A DNA stretch of 48,887 bases from a virus (taxonomy: Duplodnaviria; Caudoviricetes), in IMG/VR virus record IMGVR_UViG_3300021559_000014, positions 1 through 48,887 of that record, one strand, 5' to 3'. The notes below the pieces were generated by a model. That model saw only the letters and a program-made list of their open reading frames with translations. It searched no databases and was not told the origin of the DNA. The translations under genes and the position numbers were made by a program. Of the stretch, positions 9,316 to 18,192 are shown piece by piece. Each line of letters opens with the position of its first letter. The stretch's first letter is position 1.

Positions 9316-10062
9316 ATGACCATGCTCGCTCGGGGAATGCTGCCGTGGCGGCCGGAAGCTGTGGAGCTTCAGTTGCGCAGCTATTTGGTGTCCGCCAATC
9401 TGCCCGCGGTGCCCGCTACTTTCGGGCATGTCCATCAAGCGGCTCCGGTTGGCGGATGGAATATGCTTGGAAACGACAGGGCAGGCGATTGTGTTCTCGC
9501 TGGCGCCGCACATGAAACGATGACGTGGGCGTGGGCGACCGGGAAACCCATACCTGCCTTCTCGCCAGTAAACGTTCTCAAGCAGTACCGACAGTTGACG
9601 GGCGGCCAGGATAAGGGGCTTGATCCTATCTCAACCGCCAAGTGGCGCGTCAGCAATGGACTGACCGATGCACAGGGCACTATCCATCAGGTCAAGGCGT
9701 TCGGCGCTGTCGGCAGCCTAGCTGACGTTGAGCTATCGGTTTATTTGTTTGGTGTGTGCGGGCTTGGGCTGTCGCTTCCTGATAATGCTGAGCAGCAATT
9801 CATAGACGGCCGCCCGTGGGATGACGTGACCGGGGAACCCAAAGACGGCCACTATGTTCCGTGCGTTGGCAAGAACACCGCCGGCAATTTGATGGTCGTG
9901 ACTTGGGGAAAGCTCCAAGCCATGACTACCACCTATTTCGACAAATATGCTGTCGGGGCAATCTGTTATTTCAGCCGCGAGTATCTACTGCAAACCGGCA
10001 AAAGCCCGGAACTGTTTGATGAGGCGCAACTCGACGCCGATCTGTCGGCGTTGCAAGCATAG
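9316..10062 (+). CDS. Papain-like (C1-fold) cysteine peptidase
   Basis: ND..GDCV.A...H (catalytic Cys), GHYVPCVG (His), VTWG. Confidence 0.65.
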   Translation: MTMLARGMLPWRPEAVELQLRSYLVSANLPAVPATFGHVHQAAPVGGWNMLGNDRAGDCVLAGAAHETMTWAWATGKPIPAFSPVNVLKQYRQLTGGQDKGLDPISTAKWRVSNGLTDAQGTIHQVKAFGAVGSLADVELSVYLFGVCGLGLSLPDNAEQQFIDGRPWDDVTGEPKDGHYVPCVGKNTAGNLMVVTWGKLQAMTTTYFDKYAVGAICYFSREYLLQTGKSPELFDEAQLDADLSALQA

Positions 10063-10072
10063 GAGAAATGTC

Positions 10073-10240
10073 ATGCCCGTAAGCTTTATATTCTGGCTCC
10101 TGTGGATACTCGCTTTCATCTCGTGGCTGGGTACGCGGTGGGGTCCGTATGCTGGCCTTGTTTATGTAAGCGAGATATTCATTCTCGCGCTGTTCTTCTT
10201 CCTCGGCTGGCACGATTTCGGATTCGTCATCCACCAATGA
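10073..10240 (+). CDS. Small two-TM membrane protein
   Basis: AGGAG RBS; MPVSFIFWLLWILAF...ILALFFFLGWHDFG. Confidence 0.65.
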   Translation: MPVSFIFWLLWILAFISWLGTRWGPYAGLVYVSEIFILALFFFLGWHDFGFVIHQ

Positions 10241-10407
10241 TGCGCCCGCCTTCCAGGATGTGGCGGCACGGGAGAAGAAGGGTGCCGTTCGCGTGGGGGA
10301 CGGTGGCTACGGTCCTTATCGCCGTGCTAATCGTCGCATGGGTTCTGACGCAGGGCAGCAAGGTTTTGTTGCCGCCTCAGAGTTCTGAAGTGGAGGAACA
10401 CAAATGA
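10237..10407 (+). CDS. Small single-TM protein
   Basis: Basic N-terminus then TM segment; ATGA overlaps at both ends. Confidence 0.5.
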   Translation: MMRPPSRMWRHGRRRVPFAWGTVATVLIAVLIVAWVLTQGSKVLLPPQSSEVEEHK

Positions 10408-10673
10408 ACCTCGGGCTAGTCCTGCCTTTATCGGCGACCTCGTGCTCGTGTTCGTGTTATTCTCAATTTGCTTGGGGTGTTCTGATGACATCACTGGATC
10501 AAGCTAATACCATCAAGAAACTGGAAGCCGAGGGCTGGAGGATTGCTGTAACTGAAGGTGCCGTTGGTGGTGGCCACGTCCTCGGTGCTTCGGTTCAGAT
10601 GGTTAAGATCATTAAGGGGGCTGTACATCACATCTTGGTACTGCCTAACGGCAAGACGGAGGAAATGAAATGA
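10404..10673 (+). CDS. Hypothetical protein (alternative start at 10485)
   Basis: GGAGG RBS; ATGA coupling. Confidence 0.45.
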   Translation: MNLGLVLPLSATSCSCSCYSQFAWGVLMTSLDQANTIKKLEAEGWRIAVTEGAVGGGHVLGASVQMVKIIKGAVHHILVLPNGKTEEMK

Positions 10674-10912
10674 GCGGTACACCAGCACAATACGCGGCCG
10701 CATCCGCGGCCATGCACAAGCGGGCCAATCAACTGCTCGCTACGCTGCCGTGGTACGAGCAAGGGCCAGCTGGAAACATCCTCAACGGACATATGGTAGA
10801 TGATTTTGCCAAGATCGCGGTGGACGCGGCGTTGGCGGTGCCGGTACAGCCGGCAAAGCCAACGGTTGCGTCGAATGTGGGTCAGCCCCCTGGGGCGAAG
10901 TCTGCAGTTTGA
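10670..10912 (+). CDS. Hypothetical protein
   Basis: GGAGG RBS; ATGA coupling. Confidence 0.55.
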   Translation: MSGTPAQYAAASAAMHKRANQLLATLPWYEQGPAGNILNGHMVDDFAKIAVDAALAVPVQPAKPTVASNVGQPPGAKSAV

Positions 10913-11346
10913 TGAGTGCCGATACTTGCCCTCCTGCCGAATTGAAGGCTCGCATCGTCGCGCTGGAGTCCGGGTTTTCGGCGTTCAAGGAGTTGATGGA
11001 TGAGCGTGACAGGCGATACGAACAAAGGTCAAGCGCGCAGGATACCGCTGTCGGCTCTGCGCTCGCGACAAGCAAAGAGGCAGTTGATAAGGCGGAGACT
11101 GCCACGGAACGGCGGCTCGAAGTTCTGAATGAGCTTCGCGGCGTGGTCGTTGACCAGTCTCGGGAGTTCTCGCGCAAGGCGGAGGTCGATTTGCTGGTTA
11201 ATTCTCTTGGGGGGCGCATAGACACGCTGACTTCCATAGTGAATACACAACAGGCGCATGGCGGCGGCATCAAGGATGCTTTTGGATATGTCGTTGCTGC
11301 TGCGGGGCTACTGCTGGCCGGGATAGCGATATATTTTCGTCATTAG
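10909..11346 (+). CDS. Coiled-coil protein with C-terminal TM helix (lysis-module membrane protein)
   Basis: ERDRRYEQR...AV..A....KEAVDKAE.A.E.R...LNE.R pattern; C-terminal hydrophobic anchor. Confidence 0.65.
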   Translation: MMSADTCPPAELKARIVALESGFSAFKELMDERDRRYEQRSSAQDTAVGSALATSKEAVDKAETATERRLEVLNELRGVVVDQSREFSRKAEVDLLVNSLGGRIDTLTSIVNTQQAHGGGIKDAFGYVVAAAGLLLAGIAIYFRH

Positions 11347-11367
11347 ATCAACAGCAAGGTGTAACCC

Positions 11368-11398
11368 AGCCCGACCGCAGCGATGCGCCGGGCTTTTT
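11368..11398 (+). terminator. Rho-independent terminator ending the late/lysis operon
   Basis: AGCCCG...CGGGCT stem with inner CGCA/TGCG pairing, followed by a T run, between convergent genes. Confidence 0.7.
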
Positions 11399-11413
11399 GC
11401 ATTTCGATGTCGC

Positions 11414-11707
11414 TCATCCTGTCCTCGTCTGACGAGCTATATCTCGTGCGATCTCAAACATTGCCAATCCGGCATTAGGATCAAGAACCCCGCACTCAAG
11501 AGCAGAAATGCGATTGAGCACAGCCTGCAGCCGCTCGATCTCAAGCCGTTGTCGTTCGATGGCGGCATTCGCATCCATGTGCGCCGCTTCGTACATATGC
11601 CGCAGCCGCTCAATATCGTCGGCGGCCTTCTCCATCACCCGGTCGGTAACGTCCGGGATAGCATTTGTATCGACACCACGCCGCAGCAGCTCCACAATAT
11701 CGGTCAT
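11414..11707 (-). CDS. Hypothetical phage protein
   Basis: MTDIVELLR...AADDIERLR motif common in phage early genes; GAGGA RBS. Confidence 0.65.
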   Translation of the reverse strand: MTDIVELLRRGVDTNAIPDVTDRVMEKAADDIERLRHMYEAAHMDANAAIERQRLEIERLQAVLNRISALECGVLDPNAGLAMFEIARDIARQTRTG

Positions 11708-11840
11708 CTCGTTTCATTTCCTCTTTCCCGCCAAACACTTGCCATTATCTGCGCGTATTACCGCGATATGTTGAAGATACCTCGTATAAAGACTTAGCTT
11801 CCACCTTATTTAGTTGCATTGCCAACTGTTCGCGCTGCGT

Positions 11841-12758
11841 TCATCGCTTCCTCTCCAGCCTCTCAATCGCCGCCGCCGCCTCGTCTAACTGCGACGACAG
11901 CCTAGTGTAGCGCCCCACCATTTCTTCCGACATGCCCACGGTCTGCGCTACCTCCCGCGTGGTTGCTCCGGCGAGGTAAAGCCGGATGCAGGCATAGCTG
12001 CGGAGCCCGTGGAGATGCAAATCCTGATCGCGGTGTTCCCGTAGCGCGGGATTGCGGTCGCGCTCGTAGGTCCATGCCGCGGTCAGTGCCTCGCGCGTCC
12101 ACGGCCTGCCCTCCAGCGAATGCTCCGTGCCTATAGCCAATGGGCGGGCTTCCCTGCGCGTCAGGAACGGCCCCGGCCGGCGCTCCCATGTTGCCAGATG
12201 CGCAGCCAGATCAGCCATGATCGGGATCATGAACTCCCGGCCGGTCTTTTGCTGGCGTAGCTTGATCCACTGGCGGCCTTTCACAGACTGCACATCGGAC
12301 CATCCTATCCGTACAAGATCGGACCCGCGCTGCCCGGTGTAAGCACCCAAGACAATCACGCGGCTGATGTCCAGGCGGGCATGAGCAATACCAGCGGCGA
12401 CTTGATGGTCCGTCCATGGCTTGTGCCCTCCTGTGGGCCGGTTCGTCTTCACCCCGTAGCAGAACGGATGCCGGATTAGCCGTTTTGTCAGTGCCCATCG
12501 CTCCATCGCTCGCAGCGCAGAAAGCGCCGCGGCTTGCTTCCCCGGCCGCCTCATGAGGCTGTCGAGATAGTCACTTACCTCGGCGGGTCCGATGTCTTTC
12601 AAACGGTACGACCCCAGCTTGTCCAACGCTCCCGCCGCCCGTAACTCCCTCTCCCATAGCTCCCGGCTCTCGTCGGCGAGGCTCTGAAATGTCGGGCTTG
12701 CGAGGAAGTCTTCGCAGAGACTTGCGAATATCGGCGATCGGTTCACGTATGATGCCAT
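11841..12758 (-). CDS. int: Tyrosine integrase
   Basis: YTGQRGSD (R), QQKTG (K), HGLR (HxxR), MVGRY (Y); probable start at 12758 after a GGGGGA RBS (ORF extends to 12860). Confidence 0.9.
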   Translation of the reverse strand: MASYVNRSPIFASLCEDFLASPTFQSLADESRELWERELRAAGALDKLGSYRLKDIGPAEVSDYLDSLMRRPGKQAAALSALRAMERWALTKRLIRHPFCYGVKTNRPTGGHKPWTDHQVAAGIAHARLDISRVIVLGAYTGQRGSDLVRIGWSDVQSVKGRQWIKLRQQKTGREFMIPIMADLAAHLATWERRPGPFLTRREARPLAIGTEHSLEGRPWTREALTAAWTYERDRNPALREHRDQDLHLHGLRSYACIRLYLAGATTREVAQTVGMSEEMVGRYTRLSSQLDEAAAAIERLERKR

Positions 12759-12972
12759 CGGTTCCCCCTGGCTCACAACCGCGCATAAGCCAGCGGTTGA
12801 CAAGCTCTCGGTTCCACAGGGCGATATTACCGATTTGTCGAGGACGGGGAATGGCTCCATGGGCCATGAGTTCCCTGATCTGTGAGGGTTTTACCGATAA
12901 GTTTCGGGCCAGCGCCTTTTGATCCAGCCACTCCGGCGCGCCCTGCGGGGCTATGGTGGCGTGGTCGGTCAT
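12571..12972 (-). CDS. Excisionase-like (AlpA/MerR-type HTH)
   Basis: WLDQKALARNLSVK...GAIPRPRQIG.IALW.RELV.RWL; immediately upstream of and overlapping int. Confidence 0.7.
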   Translation of the reverse strand: MTDHATIAPQGAPEWLDQKALARNLSVKPSQIRELMAHGAIPRPRQIGNIALWNRELVNRWLMRGCEPGGTDGIIREPIADIRKSLRRLPRKPDISEPRRREPGAMGEGVTGGGSVGQAGVVPFERHRTRRGK

Positions 12973-13145
12973 GGCTGCTTCGCGGCGCGGATCATTCCCG
13001 CAGCGCTGAGCAGCGGATAATAGTAATCATTCCCCACCCCGAGTTGCCGCGCCAATTCCGTCAGCACTCTGGCAGTCCATTCCTGCGGCGGTCCTAAATC
13101 GTTCTCAAGCTCTACCGGCAATGTTGGTTCCCAATTGCGGGTCAT
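12969..13145 (-). CDS. Hypothetical protein (58 aa)
   Basis: Read by hand: MTRNWEPTLPVELEND...AAKQP; ATGA-coupled to the excisionase-like gene. Confidence 0.5.
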   Translation of the reverse strand: MTRNWEPTLPVELENDLGPPQEWTARVLTELARQLGVGNDYYYPLLSAAGMIRAAKQP

Positions 13146-13148
13146 GCT

Positions 13149-13325
13149 CTATCCTTCCACGTCGGCCAAATAATCTTCCACAATGGAAGCCATGACCGCT
13201 ATTTCGTGATCTGCTTTGGCTTGGGTCATTTTTTTCTGTTCAATCCAACGGGGATAGACCGCCTTGCGCATGGCAAGCTCGCGCTTGACGCATTCCAGCT
13301 TGTCTTTTGGGGTGTATTCTTTCAT
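13149..13325 (-). CDS. Conserved phage hypothetical protein (58 aa)
   Basis: Read by hand: MKEYTPKDKLECVKRELAMRKAVYPRWIEQKKMTQAKADHEIAVM; the RE..MR..VYPRW motif is common in phages. Confidence 0.7.
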   Translation of the reverse strand: MKEYTPKDKLECVKRELAMRKAVYPRWIEQKKMTQAKADHEIAVMASIVEDYLADVEG

Positions 13326-13672
13326 GCGGTTGACTCCCCGGTTAATGGGAACATCTTGTCGAATTGCTCGTCGGTATCAAACGTCAAGCGTGCAGCATGA
13401 CGCAAAGCTTCAGTTATAGGAGTCCCGCCGCTGGCTAACATCGCGATACTTCGGAGAAGGGCAGCGGCGCCACCTGGACCGCACCGACCATCGCCAGTCC
13501 AAAATGGTTGCCTGCAAGCGCGGTTTCCAACCGCAACAACTATTCCCCCGTTGCCGCGCTCATCAAACACTTCGCATCGGAACTGTGGCACCTTGCACGC
13601 GGCGGCGAGCGCGCGGATCACGGTGGCAAAGAGTTTTTCCTCGTCGTTTGTCATCTTAATCCCGTTGCTCAA
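13322..13672 (-). CDS. Hypothetical protein
   Basis: 116 aa ORF coupled to the downstream gene. Confidence 0.55.
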   Translation of the reverse strand: MSNGIKMTNDEEKLFATVIRALAAACKVPQFRCEVFDERGNGGIVVAVGNRACRQPFWTGDGRCGPGGAAALLRSIAMLASGGTPITEALRHAARLTFDTDEQFDKMFPLTGESTA

Positions 13673-13683
13673 TCATGACTGCT

Positions 13684-14013
13684 TCACCACTTCTCTACTG
13701 TCCCATTGAAACGCTTCCTGATCCCGCTTCGGCGAGTGCCCGCCAGTGGTCGGCCTTGTACCCGTTTGATACCCGCAATTCTCTCTCTAATGCGGCGACC
13801 TTTAGCGATGAGAGGCGCACGCTCTCTTGTAATTCCTGTATGGCAACGCACGCAGAGTAGGCGGCAATTTGCAGGACTATTATCGCTGCAATCAAAACTT
13901 TCGTGGTGATATTCGACATGACGGCTCCAAAGGCTAATTCCACATTCTTCGCAGCAGCCGTTAGCACGGTCCCAAGTATCCAGCCGTGTTCGTTTGCTGA
14001 ACTCGGCGCGCAT
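13684..14013 (-). CDS. HNH endonuclease
   Basis: CEECG...EYHH...N...NCRLLCVRCH Zn-binding HNH pattern; GGAGG upstream of 14013. Confidence 0.8.
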   Translation of the reverse strand: MRAEFSKRTRLDTWDRANGCCEECGISLWSRHVEYHHESFDCSDNSPANCRLLCVRCHTGITRERAPLIAKGRRIRERIAGIKRVQGRPLAGTRRSGIRKRFNGTVEKW

Positions 14014-14020
14014 GTTATGC

Positions 14021-14617
14021 CTACGCCTCCACATAAATGTCGGCATCGCGCCAAGCTACGAAACGGGAATAGAGGTGGTCGAATAGGCGGCCGGCTTCGG
14101 TGCTGGGTTTTATTTCCGAGCGCGAGTTAACCTTACAAGTATGACGAACAGCAATGGCGGCTTCTTCTTCATCCATAATTGTACAATGAAATTCTTTGCT
14201 GAGAAATTGCCTAAACGATAGATCAGCACACAATATGCCCGCCCTCTGTGCCAGCCGTTTATCAGCAGCTACCGACTTATGCGCCCGCGTCGGGATGTCC
14301 GGTCCTGACGCAGGCGACGTATTACGTGTCCCGTGCTCGGGTTTATTCGGCATCACCTCCTCTCGCGACTGTGTATCATTGGTCGGTACGGGTCCGGGTC
14401 TATCTGGCATCACCTCCTTCACAGTTTCAGGATTGAGTCGGGCGATGGCGACCCATGCTTCCTCGCCGGAATTCGGCATGCCGCCCAGCGCCTCATAAGC
14501 TTTGTTGGATTCCTCCAACGGCACCTCAAAGACGAGTTGCACACATTTGCGCGTTCGGATCAGACGCCAGTCCGAATAGCATGCTCGGAATATAGCGGCG
14601 GGTGCGGTCATGATCAA
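14021..14617 (-). CDS. Conserved phage hypothetical protein
   Basis: YSDW.LI.TRK.VQLVFEVP...LGGMP N-terminus; F..FL...CKVNSRSE C-terminus; recombination module context. Confidence 0.65.
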   Translation of the reverse strand: MIMTAPAAIFRACYSDWRLIRTRKCVQLVFEVPLEESNKAYEALGGMPNSGEEAWVAIARLNPETVKEVMPDRPGPVPTNDTQSREEVMPNKPEHGTRNTSPASGPDIPTRAHKSVAADKRLAQRAGILCADLSFRQFLSKEFHCTIMDEEEAAIAVRHTCKVNSRSEIKPSTEAGRLFDHLYSRFVAWRDADIYVEA

Positions 14618-15051
14618 AAAGGTATGTCGTCTGAGGGATCAGCGGGGTTTTCACTTCGCGTGCCACCGCCGGCAGCGGCCACTTTCAGAGGCGTCGCCAC
14701 GCTGCGCTGCGTCTGGTCCTCGCCGAGACGGCGCATAGGCCGATCCTTTGCTGCTGGTGGCCGGATGCGGATGGCAGCAACAGAACGGCCCTGGAAGTCA
14801 ACCATGGCCTCGTACAGAATGACTTCCCTGCCAGTCCAGTCTTCGGTATCGTCGCCGTAGGCAATGGCGATATTGTTCGCATTGGTCTTGTTAAGCACAA
14901 CCCCTTTGTCTTTGCCCTGAAAGAACAGAACGGGTTTGTTGTCGTCGCCCACGTCGCGCATTTCCACACGGTCGATAGTGACGCGGACGTTATTGCCCTG
15001 CAGGTCAGCAGCTTTAAGATATTCACTCGGGAAGGCGGTAGAGATACGCAT
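14614..15051 (-). CDS. Single-stranded DNA-binding protein
   Basis: FPSEYLKAADL...LNKTN...YGDDTEDW.G core with acidic DDIPF C-terminal tail. Confidence 0.75.
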   Translation of the reverse strand: MRISTAFPSEYLKAADLQGNNVRVTIDRVEMRDVGDDNKPVLFFQGKDKGVVLNKTNANNIAIAYGDDTEDWTGREVILYEAMVDFQGRSVAAIRIRPPAAKDRPMRRLGEDQTQRSVATPLKVAAAGGGTRSENPADPSDDIPF

Positions 15052-15069
15052 TGCAGTTGCTCCTTGTGT

Positions 15070-15816
15070 TTAGCCTGCGGATAGAAGGTCTTCGAAATTG
15101 ACTTTGGTTTTTGGTGCTTGGAAGTGCCCATAGTCCACGGGCAACGAGCGCAGAATATCTTCGCGGGTGTCCATTCGCGCTAAGAAATTCTGTAGGCTCA
15201 ATGCAGCGGAGCGCATGTCCTCTAACGCACCGTCCATCATCTCGTCGGTGACTTCAAAATAGGTGTGATTGGCGTGGCTGACATAAAGAAGGCCGCCTGC
15301 TCGTCCCCTAGCTGCTCGATAAATGGATACCTGTCCGACATGACTAGGTTCAGGGCCACTCTCGAACTTGGGGCACCTTTTTGTTGTCTTCAGGTCGATG
15401 TCGATGCCGTCGAACGCGAAATCCAGCCAGCCATCGATCGGAACGGGGATCGGGTCAATCCAGTATTCGATTTTCAGTTGGGTGGCGTTCAGCTCGGATG
15501 GTGCTTGCCATTTGGCACATTGTGCCAGCATCGGCGCAATCAACTCGCGTTCGGCCTCAAGTGTATCGTCACTAATGCCGAGCATGTTAATATCGTAATT
15601 CGTGTAAGCGGCGTTCAAGGCTTCGTCGGAAGTCTCGCCGCGCAGCAGAGCCGCCAATCCGGTCTCGACTGCTGTCCCGCGCTGCATGCGAGGAGCGCGG
15701 CCGTCTTTGATGCCGGCAACATATCTCAATGCCCAAATGCCCGGAGCAGTCTTCCAGGTGTTGAGGCTGGACGGGCTCAGATGGTCGATGTTGAACCGTT
15801 CAAATGAATTGCGCAT
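15070..15816 (-). CDS. PD-(D/E)XK exonuclease (Cas4/RecB-like)
   Basis: HLSPSSL...RGTAVE...G.LD...IDLKT...Q.SIY; adjacent to the SSB gene. Confidence 0.8.
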   Translation of the reverse strand: MRNSFERFNIDHLSPSSLNTWKTAPGIWALRYVAGIKDGRAPRMQRGTAVETGLAALLRGETSDEALNAAYTNYDINMLGISDDTLEAERELIAPMLAQCAKWQAPSELNATQLKIEYWIDPIPVPIDGWLDFAFDGIDIDLKTTKRCPKFESGPEPSHVGQVSIYRAARGRAGGLLYVSHANHTYFEVTDEMMDGALEDMRSAALSLQNFLARMDTREDILRSLPVDYGHFQAPKTKVNFEDLLSAG

Positions 15817-16028
15817 TAAAGTGTTCCAGTTCCGTTACATCCTGGACAAGGACGTGTTGTGATGTACGATCCATCCACTTTGGGGCCGATCGGATCGAGC
15901 CAGCCAGCCCCATTACATCGCGGACACGATGGGCGGCACACCGAACCGCGAGTGTGTCCCATGCTTATCCAGCCGCCACAAATAGAGCACCTGTCTCGTG
16001 CACTGCCAGGATCAATCAAGTCTCTCAT
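15816..16028 (-). CDS. Small Zn-finger protein
   Basis: CSICG, CPRCNGAG, CPGCNGTG (DnaJ-type CxxCxGxG repeats). Confidence 0.65.
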   Translation of the reverse strand: MRDLIDPGSARDRCSICGGWISMGHTRGSVCRPSCPRCNGAGWLDPIGPKVDGSYITTRPCPGCNGTGTL

Positions 16029-16031
16029 GAC

Positions 16032-16265
16032 TTAGGCGACCTTCCTTAACCGGCTGAACAAATAGTCACCGAGCCGGGCATGGGCGAGCTTGAGATCATC
16101 AATGTCTTGCTGGCTGAGATCGCGAGCGACATCGGGAATGTCGGCAATGCCGCTCATGACAGCACGAACGACCATTGCGGCTTTGTGGCTTGGATGAGAA
16201 GCGTATTGATCGTCTGTGTGAATAAGGCCGCGACGTTCGGCTTCGATCTGATCGCTGGAGTTCAT
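16032..16265 (-). CDS. Hypothetical protein
   Basis: AGGAG RBS before MNSSDQIEAE...; ends RKVA. Confidence 0.55.
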   Translation of the reverse strand: MNSSDQIEAERRGLIHTDDQYASHPSHKAAMVVRAVMSGIADIPDVARDLSQQDIDDLKLAHARLGDYLFSRLRKVA

Positions 16266-16438
16266 GATGCCTTCTCCTGTTTTCGTAGCCGTCTCATCTC
16301 GGCTTTCAGTTGCCGTATCGTTGCGGCAAGGTGATGAACATCCAGGTCCGCATGTCCCTTGTGGGCGCGCTTGCGGATGGCGATGCGCTGCTTGAGTGCT
16401 TCGCGCTTGTCTGAGAGTTTGAGGATGGTGGTGTTCAT
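16262..16438 (-). CDS. Small basic helical protein
   Basis: ATGA coupling on both sides. Confidence 0.55.
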   Translation of the reverse strand: MNTTILKLSDKREALKQRIAIRKRAHKGHADLDVHHLAATIRQLKAEMRRLRKQEKAS

Positions 16439-16692
16439 TGACAAACCCATCCGCTACCGCCGCATTTCTCACATTGGCGCACAACACAAAATTCCTGATC
16501 GTCATGCTGTGGACGTGCTTCCAAAATCTCGCCGTCACCGCTGCAGTCTGAACAGGTCTCCCATGTATCTATGAAATAAGGTCCATGGTCCTCGCCGGTC
16601 AGTTGATTTAGTGTCAGACCGTCAGCCTCAAGAGCTTTGCGCATTTCTTTGGTAAACATGATTATCCTCCCCACATGCGGTACACGGTTCAT
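16435..16692 (-). CDS. Small Zn-finger protein
   Basis: CSDCSGDG and CEKCGGSG motifs. Confidence 0.6.
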   Translation of the reverse strand: MNRVPHVGRIIMFTKEMRKALEADGLTLNQLTGEDHGPYFIDTWETCSDCSGDGEILEARPQHDDQEFCVVRQCEKCGGSGWVCQ

Positions 16693-17066
16693 CTGCTCAA
16701 CATCGCATAGCAAATAGCCATGACATCGACCCAAATGGCGAGTGCGATCAGTATGGCGACGATGGGGATGGTCATAGGCCATCCCCTCTTAGTTTTGTCA
16801 GGCTTAACGTAAGTCTTGATCTTGATAATCTGCTCTCGCCACCAAGCAACTTCCGCCTCCAAGCAGTCAATCCGGCTCTCAAGCCCCTGCGCGTAGCCCA
16901 TCAAAGTAGCGCGTTCCCGTTCCATCCGTTCGATTGTGTCGGCGCCATCGGCACATGCTTGATAGACGGAATCGTCAGGGTTCAGATTCCAGTCGCCCCG
17001 AAGACGCTTTACGACTTCGCCGGCTCGCCCAATTGCTACCAGCCGCTCGTAAGTTTCGGTGGTCAT
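16689..17066 (-). CDS. Coiled-coil protein with C-terminal hydrophobic segment
   Basis: 125 aa ORF coupled to the downstream gene; the last ~29 aa resemble a separate TM mini-gene. Confidence 0.5.
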   Translation of the reverse strand: MTTETYERLVAIGRAGEVVKRLRGDWNLNPDDSVYQACADGADTIERMERERATLMGYAQGLESRIDCLEAEVAWWREQIIKIKTYVKPDKTKRGWPMTIPIVAILIALAIWVDVMAICYAMLSR

Positions 17067-17075
17067 GACGCGCTT

Positions 17076-17267
17076 CTAGATTTGGTTTCGGTGGAACTGA
17101 ATTGTGACAAGGTGTTGCCGAACTTGCTCAAGGTATTTCTGCGCGGTTGCCAACGCTTTCTTACATTCTTCGTTTTCGGCGAACGTGAGGGCAATAGTGA
17201 CGCCCGACTCAACGCCAGCTAACGCTATGTTTAGCGACTCGGTAGCTGTTCGTTCTTTCTGGCTCAT
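17076..17267 (-). CDS. Hypothetical protein
   Basis: MSQKERTATE...; ATGA coupling with the upstream gene. Confidence 0.5.
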   Translation of the reverse strand: MSQKERTATESLNIALAGVESGVTIALTFAENEECKKALATAQKYLEQVRQHLVTIQFHRNQI

Positions 17268-17413
17268 CGGTCCCATCCGCATTCTTCATCAGGACCAGCA
17301 CCGCATGTGAGGCAATAGCCTTTCTCGTCCCATTGACACGGCCACTCCTCATAACCAGGCGCAGCGCGGTCGATGTCAGCATCGGTAATGCCGGGAGGGA
17401 GGTTGCTACTCAT
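17264..17413 (-). CDS. Small Cys-containing protein (49 aa)
   Basis: Read by hand: MSSNLPPGITDADID...C...CLTCG...C; ATGA overlaps at both ends. Confidence 0.55.
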   Translation of the reverse strand: MSSNLPPGITDADIDRAAPGYEEWPCQWDEKGYCLTCGAGPDEECGWDR

Positions 17414-17793
17414 GGACGTGGACTTTCAGTTCCATCAGGATTGCAAAGGGGGCAGGAAACAATCGGCCCGTTGTTGTCCTGCTGTATCCATCCTCCACGT
17501 TCGAACCCTGGAAAGCGTCGGTCAAATTCGCAGTGCGGACAATTGGCCGGGGTTCTCAGCACATCAGCTACTTCTTGCATCGTCGGCGCACGGCCCGATG
17601 CAATAGCGGCGCTGAGCTTGAAAGCGGCTAGAGTGTCAGCGCGCAGCTGCTCGTCGAACGTCGCCCTGATCTGTGCTATCGCTGCCTCCAACTCACTCCC
17701 GCCGCGCTCGCGCACTGCTTGGGCGGCTATACGGCCGCGGGCCTCAGCACGGTCATAGTGGTCGGTGTTGGGGCGGAAAGCGGCGGCAGTCAT
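17410..17793 (-). CDS. Zn-finger protein
   Basis: CPHC...GWIQQDNNGPIVSCPLCN. Confidence 0.6.
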   Translation of the reverse strand: MTAAAFRPNTDHYDRAEARGRIAAQAVRERGGSELEAAIAQIRATFDEQLRADTLAAFKLSAAIASGRAPTMQEVADVLRTPANCPHCEFDRRFPGFERGGWIQQDNNGPIVSCPLCNPDGTESPRP

Positions 17794-17945
17794 GACACTT
17801 CCACGATCTTGATGGTGTCGCCGGGTTTGATTTCCCAACACTTGATTGCTTGGGCAATGTCATCGGTCAGGCTTGTTTCGTCCGCCTCGATTGTCTGGCG
17901 GTCGGTTTCGCCCTTGGCTGTGGAAAGGATGATGCGGATTTTCAT
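17790..17945 (-). CDS. Hypothetical protein
   Basis: ATGA-coupled small ORF. Confidence 0.55.
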   Translation of the reverse strand: MKIRIILSTAKGETDRQTIEADETSLTDDIAQAIKCWEIKPGDTIKIVEVS

Positions 17946-18163
17946 GACGCAGCCCCAACTTGCCGGATGTGATATTCGGTGCAGCCGATGAACCAACCCT
18001 CTGAGAGATTGGCGAAGGGGCCGAATGAATCGCGGTGGTCGGGCAGGTTGATAGTGTTGGAGTGGTTGAGCATCGCTTGGCGGGTAGAAGCGATGTTGCC
18101 GAACCGGCCGAGGTCTGCGGTCTTGTGCCCTTCCAGGTCGAAAACTTGAACTTGATAAGCCAT
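17942..18163 (-). CDS. First gene of the leftward early operon
   Basis: GAGGGGAG RBS before ATG at 18163, just downstream of PL. Confidence 0.6.
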   Translation of the reverse strand: MAYQVQVFDLEGHKTADLGRFGNIASTRQAMLNHSNTINLPDHRDSFGPFANLSEGWFIGCTEYHIRQVGAAS

Positions 18164-18192
18164 CTGCCGTGCTCCCCTCTGTCTATGGGGGC

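Noticed and set aside
10404-10510. Possible frameshifted membrane mini-gene, or HicA-like toxin from 10485
   Set aside because: An alternative frame is hydrophobic and LEAEGW...GGH is vaguely HicA-like, but the evidence is too thin for either call
11790-11805. TTAGCTTCCA as a tRNA-derived att core
   Set aside because: Too short, with no T-arm or acceptor sequence nearby
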